A stretch of DNA of 64,000 nt from Azolla caroliniana (lineage: Eukaryota > Plantae > Polypodiophyta): assembly GCA_043228905.1 (NCBI GenBank), contig JBHGNT010000003.1:682001-746000 (forward strand), given 5' to 3'. A program made the position numbers and the translations under genes. The notes beneath the pieces are model-generated. The model was given only the letters and a program-made list of their open reading frames with translations, was not told the origin of the DNA and searched no databases. This document shows positions 38,191 through 48,103 of the stretch, piece by piece. Numbering within the stretch: position 1 is the stretch's first letter; each line of letters opens with the position of its first letter.

Positions 38191-40697
38191 TGTTGTACGT
38201 TTTAGGGTTAGGGTTAATGGTAATGATGATTGGTGATGGAGATGGTGTGTTTAATGAGGATGATGAGCGTTATGGGATCGATGGTGAGAGAGACGACAAG
38301 CATTGAGAAGCATTGTGGGGTGGGGGGTGGTGCCTTGAATGGCTCCACCCCCCTCCCAAGGGGGTTCACCGTTAAGGGGAGAGAGAGGAAGAGAGATGAC
38401 AAAGAGAGAGAGAGAGAGAGAATGATTATTCATGTTTCATTCACTCCCCCCCATAAGGGGTTTTAAATAGTACAGGAGGGGGTAGATACATAGGGGTGTA
38501 AGCCCCCTCGAGCATTCATACTGGACACTCACTCACACCTCCTCGTATCCATCCAAATGCACACACGTGTGCATGTGTTCACATACGTATAGACTCACAA
38601 CCTCGCATGCCTCTCTCTTCTCTTTTTTCCTCTCATTTAAAGTTTTGTTCTGTTATTATTTGAGCTTTGTTTTTAGGTCGTTTTTCGTGTTTGTCTTCTT
38701 ACGTTTTCTCCCGCGTGTTGTCCGCATCTTCTTTTTGTCTTCTTCTCTTTCTTCCTTCTTATTTGTGTTTCTGTGGTCTTCTCCCTCCTTCTTGGTGTTA
38801 ACCGTTGTTTCTTCTCCACTTCCTGTCTTTCTTTTCCTCCTCTCTCTTTCTTCTTCTATCTCTGTCATTCGTGCTCTTGTCTGTCTGTCCATGCCTTTCT
38901 CTTCTTCTTTTTCTCTCTTATGATACCCTGCTTCTCTTTCCTCTTTGCTTCATCGTTTCCCTGTACGGTGTCGTTTTTCTCTTCGTTTGGCCCTGTATGG
39001 CCGTTGGTTGTTCGGCCTTCGCCGCTGTTTTAGGATTTTCGGCCATTCTCACAACCACGCCTGTTCTGCCGTCGCAATCTAGTTGGATCTGGTTGTTGGT
39101 TATTCTTGGCCACTGATTGTTTGTTGTCTGGCCATTGCAACTTCGATCGCTGCTCCATCGCCATCTGTCATTCTAGCCCTTACGGCCATCTCTCCGGCGC
39201 TCTGTCTGGCTTGTTTGGCCGTTGTCCCAGCCGCCTTTCTCTCCATCTCTGTCATCTGTATTCTGTCATTGTTCGGTGTTTCGGTTGCCATCGCTTATCT
39301 TTGTCGCTTGTCCAATCACGACTGTTCCAGCCATGTTTTTTCGTTGTTTCGGTCGTCGCTCGGTCTGGCCGCTCCGACTGCTCTTCGGTCGCTCTCCGGC
39401 CGGTGCTTTTCTGGCCTCTCCTCCATATCTATCGATGTCGCCATTATGGCTGTTGTCGATCGCACTTCCGCTCCTATCCGGCGGCACCAACTTCTCTATC
39501 ATCCCTGTCCGGTGCCTGTCCATCCGGCCCGTCCTGCCATCACTATCTTTCCGGCCTTCTCTCACCGTTTCTCCATCTCTCCATCTCTCCATCTCTATTG
39601 GTCACCACTCATCGCTATTCGGTCGTGTCTTTTTGGCTTACGACCCGTCATTTCTAGTCGTGCGTCCCGTCCATCATCCCAGCGGCATGTCTGCTTCCTC
39701 GGCCTTCTCCAGCCCTCCGGCCGCTTCGGCTGCTCTAGCCACTCTCCGACTATTTCGACCAGTTTCCGGCCATTCTAGCTGCACTTTCCGCTGTCTGGCC
39801 CATCCGGCCATGTCTGTCTGGTCCATCTCTAGATGTCTCTGTCGCCAGCCTTGTCGACGCTATTCGGCCGTCTATTTTGGCCAAGGTTCGTCGCTTGGCC
39901 GCTTCAGTCGTCATCCAGTTATCATGCGACTGTTAATGTCTGACGGTCTGTTCAGTAATCATCTGGTTGTTGTTCGGCCATTACGGCCGCTTCGGTGCTA
40001 ACCAACTCTGGTTCTGGTTCCGACTCTCACCGCGTTGCTTCTTTTGGACACTGTGAACACTTCCGATTTCGGTCCCATGCATTCTTAGCACATCATGCCG
40101 GCCTCCGCTCCACACACTACATCTTCCTCCACAGTTTCCTGGTGGGCGTCTCTATCAGGTCATGCTGGCAGCAACTCCCTTCTATCCGGAATTTATGTGT
40201 TGTTTCCTCTGCACACGCATGTTGTCGTTAAACGCACACTCATACATACGTCGTTGATATTCTCGCACTCTTGTTGATTCCATTGCGGGTTCTCTTGCAC
40301 AGACTTCCTCTCGCACAACATCATCGTGTTGCATTCATTGACCTTGATGACTTCCAATCACCATCACCATTTCCTACATGTCGTCCATTTGATTTCTTGC
40401 ATATTTCGTTGTTGTCATGTCTTTGCCACTTAGTAGTCTTCGACTTCGTCTTCAAAGGGGGGTTGCCTTAGTGGTCGCCAAAAGGTGTTGTACGTTTTAG
40501 GGTTAGGGTTAATGGTAATGATGATTGGTGATGGAGATGGTGTGTTTAATGAGGATGATGAGCGTTATGGGATCGATGGTGAGAGAGACGACAAGCATTG
40601 AGAAGCATTGTGGGGTGGGGGGTGGTGCCTTGAATGGCTCCACCCCCCTCCCAAGGGGGTTCAACGTTAAGGGGAGAGAGAGGAAGAGAGATGACAA

Positions 40698-40728
<31 letters not shown>

Positions 40729-40830
40729 TTATTCATGTTTCATTCACTCCCCCCCATAAGGGGTTTTAAATAGTACAGGAGGGGGTAGATACATAGGGGT
40801 GTAAGCCCCCTTGAGCATTCATACTGCACA
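38191..40830 (-). mobile_element. Non-coding non-autonomous LTR element (TRIM/LARD-like), 2.6 kb
   Basis: LTRs at 38191-38527 and 40486-40830, PBS TGGCGACCAC (tRNA-Arg-like) at 40471-40480 (-), purine tract next to the left LTR, no retroelement protein motifs. Flanks do not match. Confidence 0.85.
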
Positions 40831-43571
40831 CTTCCACAACCGACCCTTGTTATTCTTCGTCCAAAATATCCAGATTGCTTTGTTCGAGAGTCTCCAATGG
40901 TTCATCTGGAATTGGTTGTTGTTGTTGTTGTTGTTGCTGCTCTGTTGATGTCTGCTGCGACGGGTCCGTTGGTGGCTACTGCGGCTGCTTCTCCGTTTGT
41001 TGCTCTGACACCGGCGTCTCCGTCGTTGCTCCCTCCGTCGTAGTGGTCTCCGGTTGACTGGTTCCGGGCTGGCCCTCGGCCGGCGACGGTTCCTCATCAC
41101 TAAGGTTAACCGTTGCCGCTTCCCGTGCTTTTTCTTCCTGAACCCAGGACCGCTCGTAGCTTTCAAACTGGATTTGATCATCGTCTAGCTGAGCTACGAG
41201 TTGCCGGACCTGCGCCAGCTGTTCATCCGCCAGGACTTGGAAGTCGTCGGCCAGCTCGTCCCGTATGGCGGTGAAGTCCTCAGAAGTCAACGTATAACAA
41301 TCATCTCCTTCCTTCCGCTGGTTTGCCACGTCTGCCCGTAGCAATTGGAGTTCCGCCGCGTTTTGTGCCCACTTTGTCCACCATCTTACGGAGCTTTCGT
41401 CAATCAAGTGTTTTGTCTGATTCAGCCATGCCCGAAGGATGGACTAAATCCGGCCCGTTCCCAATGGCGATTTGGTTTCCGCCGCTTGCCGTTCCTCCTT
41501 CAGTTGCTTGATGATTTTGACATTGTCTTCCGCCTGCTCCTTGTAATGCGTCAATTGCCTTTGATATGTGCTTTGTAATTTCTGCAATACCGTTGACGCT
41601 CTCTCCTTTTCTTCCTGTTGCTGCCTCTTGAGCTCCATCCGGACCTTCTCCGCCTCGTCCAAGCGTCTTGTATTTTCCGCACATTCGTCGGTGATCGCCG
41701 TCGCGGCCCGATCAACTTCCTGCTGGAGCTCGGCCATCCGTTCCTTATGCTCCGTTTCCAGCCGTTTGTAGTCCCAGTGTAGGTGCTCAAAATCATCTGT
41801 CTTTTGCTTGAGCCGTGCGTTGATCTGTCGACGGGCCCGGTCCTCGCGGTCCTTCTGCTGGCGGAGCTCTTCCTTTAGCCGTTCAATTTCCGTTTCCGCC
41901 GTCTTCCGCAGCTTGTCCTTTTCCTTCAGCACTTTGTCTTTTTCCTCCCTTAGCCGGTCGTACGCTTGATGGCCTTTCCGGAGGCTCTCCTCTGCCCGGC
42001 GGAGGTTCTCAACAGTCTTCTTTAATTTGGCTTCGGCCGCTGTCTTCAATTCCCGTTCACGGCTCCTTAACGCTTCTTGTGCGGCAAGTTCATCTCTCAA
42101 TTCCGCAAGCTCCTGGGCTTGCGCCGCATCTCTCGCCGGAACGGTTTCCGTTGCCAGAGTCTTATTGGTATGTACAGGTCGATCTGTTTCTTTATTCTGT
42201 AGACTTACCGGAGTCACCGGTGATTGGATCTGTGTTGCCGTTAAGGCCATTTTGGCCATCTCTGTCGTGACCTGATCCAAGTCTTTTTCAAGGCACCGGA
42301 TTCTGAACCGGGCTGTCTCTAGTTGTTCGGTTGTGACAAGCAACCGTTCGCTTTGTGCTCTTTCTTCCGCCTCAATATACCCCACTGCTCCGGCTATCTG
42401 TTCGCCTATCCACCGGAGCCACAGGCTACCGGTGCATTGTTGTGCTTGCACGGAGGTTTGACAGATGGGCTCACTTGTAGATGGGTGGTCCCGCCTGGTT
42501 GCACCGAGTTGCAATTTCGTTTCTGCCCGTGGACCACCCTGCTGTCCTGGTTCCCCTTGCGCTTTTTCTTGGTTGGCCGAGGGAGGCTGCACTGACCTTT
42601 CCGGCTTTGGCGGGATGGGACTTGCCGGTGTTGCCGGTGGTGCCGGTGGTGCCGGGGCTTCTGATTCTGGTACCATGCGCACCGGTTCCGGTTCCTCCCT
42701 TGGCGTGGGAGTCTCAGCATGGGGAGCCGGTGTTCCCTCCGTCTGAGGGTCCGAACGTTTCCCGACTGCCTCAACGGTCCTTGCCGACGACCATCGCTGG
42801 AGGTGCTCCGTAGGCTCCTTCCTGAGTCCTGGCATTGAGTTTTGCTTCCAAGGGGTCCGCTTCTCTATTCACCGGTCAGCGGAGTGTAACCTTTACGGGC
42901 CGTGCCGGTGGTTCCTCCTGCGCATCCGTTGGCCCCTTAGTGGCCTTAGAGGCCAACAACTGTGGTCGTTTGGAAGCCGTCTTTGGGGTGTCGTCCGCCA
43001 CTCTTCCTCGCTTCTTGGGCTGGACAGGCTGGACGGGTGGCACAAGCAAGGTGAACCACTGCGTTACGGCGTGCCATATCCTCCGTCCGTCTCGGCCTTC
43101 TTTGCCGTCTTTGCCTCTGACGATCTTGATCGCCGCACACAACCCGTATGCGATCAATACCGGCCAATCCACCTTGATCCCTTCATAGGTGGTGATGATC
43201 ATCCCTGCCCGGTTCTGCGGCATGACAGGGGGTCTAGGGTACACATGGCCGTATTCGTGGAGCACACGAGCAATCTCGCGGAACAACATATCTTCGCCGC
43301 CCTGTGTCCGGTAGCCCTTGTTGGCTAGGGAGTACTCACCAAAATACCTGATGAGTTGCTCCGGGGTCGGATTGTCAATCGTGAGTATGCCTCCCTCTAG
43401 GAGGCCTGTTAACGCTCGAATCGCCTCCGCCGTTATGACCTCTGTGTCGATTTCTTTGATCACCTTGTCGGCTTCTTTGTGTGGCGGTACTTCCATCATC
43501 ATCAAGAAGCCCTCGAGCCCGTGTTGCTTTAGCCATGTCTTGGCGGCTTCCGACAGCGTTTGCGGGTCCAT
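40831..43571 (-). pseudogene. Extra 3' ORF of Z: conserved N-domain, Pro-rich linker, long coiled coil, conserved C-domain
   Basis: ORFs 42876..43793, 41444..42835 and 40976..41407; two blocks align with the Y extra ORF. Confidence 0.78.
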
Positions 43572-43948
43572 GTCTGTGTCGAGGTCGGATTGCGGTGGTG
43601 AGGTTGGATGGTGATGAGAGTGAGATTGAGAGAGAGAGAATTCAGAAGGCGGGGGTTCTGTGTGCGTAGGTTCTCGTCTAATGATCTTGCAGCGCCTTGG
43701 TGCTTCTGTGCTCCTAAGTTCGCGAAAGTAAAGGGTCTCCACACGCAGTGGTTTTTCTCTGTGCATTCTGGCGCCTTTTTCGAGTGTGTGCATGTCGTGT
43801 ACTAAAATAGCATTATGTCCTGTGGTGGCACTTTAAATGCCCACTACGTACCTTTTCGCTCCTGGCTCTTTCATCTATTCATTCCTCGCTTTTGCATGAT
43901 TACTTCGTTTTGTTTTTTTTTTCTTTTTGCATGATAACTAGTGTGACG

Positions 43949-46448
43949 TTACTTGTCCGTTGGTCCTCTCGGACCCTTACCGGCCTCATTCTCCCCAGTT
44001 ACCGGCTCGCCGTCTCTGCTGTCTTGGTGGTTGCCGTTTCCCTCATCGGTGTCGGTCCTTTGCTCAAATGGGTTCTTAGGCATCGGTCCTCTATATGGCT
44101 TCAATCGGAATCCGTTGACCCATTTGCCTAGCACTTCGCCGGCAAGTGTCCCTAACTGGTAGGACCCATTATATTCACGTGTTAGCCAATATGGTCCGGT
44201 CCATCTAAACCGTAGTTTACCCGGCATCTTGCCCATCCGGGTCTGAAATACTAACACCGGTTTGCCGATTGCGAACATTTTTTCGTTTCCTTTCCTGTGC
44301 CGGTCGACAAATGCTTTCCGTCGCTGTTGTTCCAATTCTAAGTGCAGGATGCTTGCTAGTCGTTGTTCCTCGAGTTCACACAGCGCTGTTAACCGTATTG
44401 CCTCCGACTCCTTCTCGTTCAACCGTTACTGTAGCTGGATCCGTAAGCTGGGTACTTGGAATTCCACCGGCATTACCGCCTCTAGTTCGAACGCTAACCG
44501 GAACGGTGTTGTTCGGATGCTCGTTTTGTATGCCGTCCGGTATGCCCAAAGCGCGCTATGTAGCTTGGTATCCCAATCCGTTCGGTTTTCGTTGATGATC
44601 TTCCGGAGGATATTCTGGAGCATTTTGTTCGTCGATTCCGCTAACCTGTTTGCTTGCGGATAGTATGGTGTGCTCCGTTTATGGACAACGGCATAGAATG
44701 TCGTCAAGCTTTCAACTACTTGGCCGAGAAATGCCCCCCTTGGTCGCTTATTAATTCGATTGGGCATCCATAACGACACCAGATGTACTCGTATAGAAAT
44801 TTCGCCGTTGACGCAACGGTGTTGTCTCTTAAGGCTTTGGCCTCCACCCATTTCGTGCAGTAATCCATCGCAACGATGACGTACCGATTACCCGTTCTCA
44901 TTGCTGGTGGTTTGAACGGTCCAACAAAGTCTAGCCCCCACTTCTAGAATGGCTCGAGTGGTAGTACCGACTGGTGTGGCATACGAGCTTGCTCCGTTGG
45001 CTGGCCCATTCGCTGGCATAGGTCACATTCTTTTGCGTACCGTACTGCATCTCTTAATGTTGTTGGCCACCATAGGCCACTTTGCCATATTTTCCTGGCC
45101 GTCGCATCTCTGGCATAGTGACCTCCGGCAACTCCGCAGTGAGCTTCCCTCAGTATCAGGTTCTTTTCATCGTTGCGCACAGCCCGTCTCCATATGCCGT
45201 CTGCGCCCTTGTGGTAAAGTGTGTCTTGCAGTAAGCAGAAATGTCGGCTTTGCACCGCCAGGCGTTTTCGTTCGTCCCGGTTCATCTCTTCCGGAGGCAG
45301 TCCTGTGCTCAGAAACTGGTGCATATTTGTGAGCCACTTGTCTTCCTGTGCCACCGTCTCATCTGTTGCCGTTTCCGTAGTGACTCGAAACAGCCTGCAT
45401 CCGGAAACTCATCCGCTACTCCATCACCTGTCTCTCCGAACTCTAATTTGCTTAAGTAATCCGCCACGGCATGCTGTATACCGGGTCGATGGAATATTTC
45501 AAACTCGAATTCCTGTAACAGTAAGGTCCACCGGGCCAATTTGCCGGTGAGTGACGCTTTGGACACCAGGTAAAGGAGTGCTGAATGATCTACATGGAAG
45601 GAAAAGTTCCTTCCCAATAAATAATGCCGAAACTTTGTCACACTATAGATCATCCCTAGAGCTTCCCGTTCAGTGGTAGAGTAGTTCCGTTTTGCTTGGG
45701 ATAGCTTTCGGCTAGCATAGTACACTGGCCGGTACCACATTGGCTCCGTAAGCTGCATCAGTAGGCTTCCAATTGCGATGTCGGAGGCATCCATGAACAC
45801 ATGAAATTCTTTACTCCAATCCGGAGGCTGCACTACCGGTGCTTGCGACAATAGTACCTTGAGGGCCCTATACGCCCTATCCTCGATGTCGGTCCATTGG
45901 AATGGTGTCCGATGTACGACGGCATTCAACGGTGTAGCCAGGTTGGCCAAGTATTGGAGCATCCGGTTGTGCCACCGGATCTGGCCTAAGAACCGGCTTA
46001 ATGCCTTTGTCGTTGCCGGCGCCGGTGCTTCCAATATGGCTTTCACTTTGTCCGGGTCGACTGCAATTCCTTCCTGGCTCACAATATGTCCTAATAAAGT
46101 TCCACTGGACACGCCAAATACACACTTTGCCGGATTCAAGCTTAGCCAGTACGCTCTACACTTTTCTAGACAAAGACGGAGGTGCTAAAAATGGTCCTCC
46201 TCCCGGTTATAGACGGCGAAATCGTCAAGGAAAACCTGCATAAAAGCCGGAATATATTCACCAAAGATTTCCATGATGATTCGTTGAAATGTTGCCGGTG
46301 CCATTTTGAGTCCGAACATCATCACCACGGCCACAAACACCTCCCATTCGGTGACGAAAGTCATTTTCTCTTGGTCCTCGGGGTGCATCCGGATTTGATT
46401 ATACCCGCTGAATCCGTCTATTAAGCTATAGACCTCATGGCCGGCGAC
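43949..46448 (-). pseudogene. pol: Z pol: RT C-terminal part, RNase H and integrase (frameshifts and stops)
   Basis: DGFSGYNQI, VFLDDF, FMDASD, TTEREAL, HVDHSAL, HHCC and YPQAN.LAE. Confidence 0.92.
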
Positions 46449-46572
46449 TGTCATGGCAAGACTCGAACCCATGACTTTATGCTACATGGGTCGAGCTCTT
46501 ACCATTAGATTAGGAATTGTATTTTGTAGGATATTATTTTCATTTATACTTTATCATAGAAAATTGATGTAT

Positions 46573-46633
46573 ATTCCAGATCTCTCTGGAACATTCTAGA
46601 AGCTTCAAGATTATTCCTAAAAACACTATAAAA
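46573..46633 (+). promoter_or_regulatory. Heat-shock element array plus TATA box in the LTR (also at 51770-51830 and 14763-14823)
   Basis: gGAAc-aTTCt-aGAAg-cTTCa at 46588-46607, within 9 phased pentamers; TATAAAA at 46627. Confidence 0.75.
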
Positions 46634-46945
46634 GGAGGCACAAGGCATTGTTTTGAACCAAATTGGTTCAACGCCAGTCTTAAGCCTCCTAGCCGCTTGT
46701 ACTTATCTTTTCACATAATATATAGCTGCTGTCATCATCTCTCTCACTCTCGCTATCTCTCTCTTTCTCCTCTTCTCACTTCCTCTCGGGAATCTTACGC
46801 AGTCCCGTCCTCTTAGTACTAATAGTACTGTTGTTCTTAGTACTAATTCCATCTCTGTTTTAGTACTATTCCTGACAGTTTGAACCAATTTTTCCTCTAG
46901 CCTACTTGTCACTCTCCCTCATCCTCCTACCCTTTTCCCTATACT

Positions 46946-48103
46946 ATGGCTACTGTTAGCGCCCAAGAATACCAATCCGTTTTCTCCGAGCTACAGTGCC
47001 TAAAAGAAAAGTTTGTTCCCCTGGAACAAGAAAACCAACGGCTGATAGGGGATCTGCAACAAATCGCTCTAGAAAAACAACAAACGCAACAACAACATGG
47101 GGAGTTAGCGTTACGGGTACAACAACTCGAAGCAGCGTTGCAACAACAAGGATCCAGTCCCCAAGGATTTCATAAAGAGCCCAAGATTGGACTTCCTGTG
47201 AAATTTGATGGAACGCGTTCGCAATTCCGGGGATTCCTTAATCAGGTACGCTTAGTCATCCAGATGCATCCTTCCCGATATCCCACTGATGCATCTCGAG
47301 TCGGCCTAATAGGCACGCTACTTAGCGGCTCAGCCTTGGCATGGTTTGCTCCGCTTCTAGAAAAACAATCACCCTTACTTAATAACTTTGAAGATTTTAT
47401 TGGTGAGTTTAAAGCCTGCTTTGGAGACACCGACAGCATCAGGACGGCGATCAACAAGATCCGGTGATTGCGTCAAGGTGATCGTCCAGCCTTTGCCTAC
47501 GCGGCGGATTTCCGCCTACTTGCTTCAGATATACCCTGGGATGATCAAGCACTAATGGAGCAGTTTCGCTATGGCTTGCGAAACGATGTCAAAGATCTAC
47601 TTCTAACTTTCCCCGAAGAACCAAAGTCTCTTACGGAGGCAATCAGTCGAGCAGTTCGATGTGACAACCGCCTTTTTGAACGGCGTTCAGAACGTCAATT
47701 ACAGATACCACGCTCTAGTCTAGAGCCCACTTACGCCGCAGTCGCGGCTAAACCGTTTGCACGAGACACACCTCAAGCAAATACTTCGACACCGATGGAG
47801 ATCGATACCATGCGTCGACGCGGCCCGTTATCGAAAGAAGAAAAGCAACGACGACGTGCCAATCGATTATGTCTTTATTGCGGTGGACCAGGACATATCG
47901 CCATCAATTGTCCCCATAGGCCAAGAAGACAGGTAAATCAAATCGTCGCCTGTACTAAACCCGAGTCAATTCTTCCCTTTGGAGTGTCTGATAGTATTAA
48001 TAGTACTAATAGAGTGTCAGATAGTATTCATAGTACTAATAGCCCAAGTATCTCAAATAAATTTGAAATCCTTAGTCAATTAGATGAAGAGTTAAACGAT
48101 TGA
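46946..48103 (+). pseudogene. gag: Tcn1-like gag (one TGA at 47465)
   Basis: KFDG..FRGFLNQ, LRQG..YAADF, PMEID and CLYCGGPGHIAINC. Confidence 0.9.

Noticed and set aside
39083-40001. Hydrophobic 231/259-aa ORFs as a membrane or env protein
   Set aside because: They are antisense to the element and explained by a pyrimidine-rich low-complexity strand; several overlapping frames are open with no motif.
41444-42835. Host SMC/myosin-like coiled-coil gene
   Set aside because: Intronless, inside the element after integrase, and homologous to the same position in Y.
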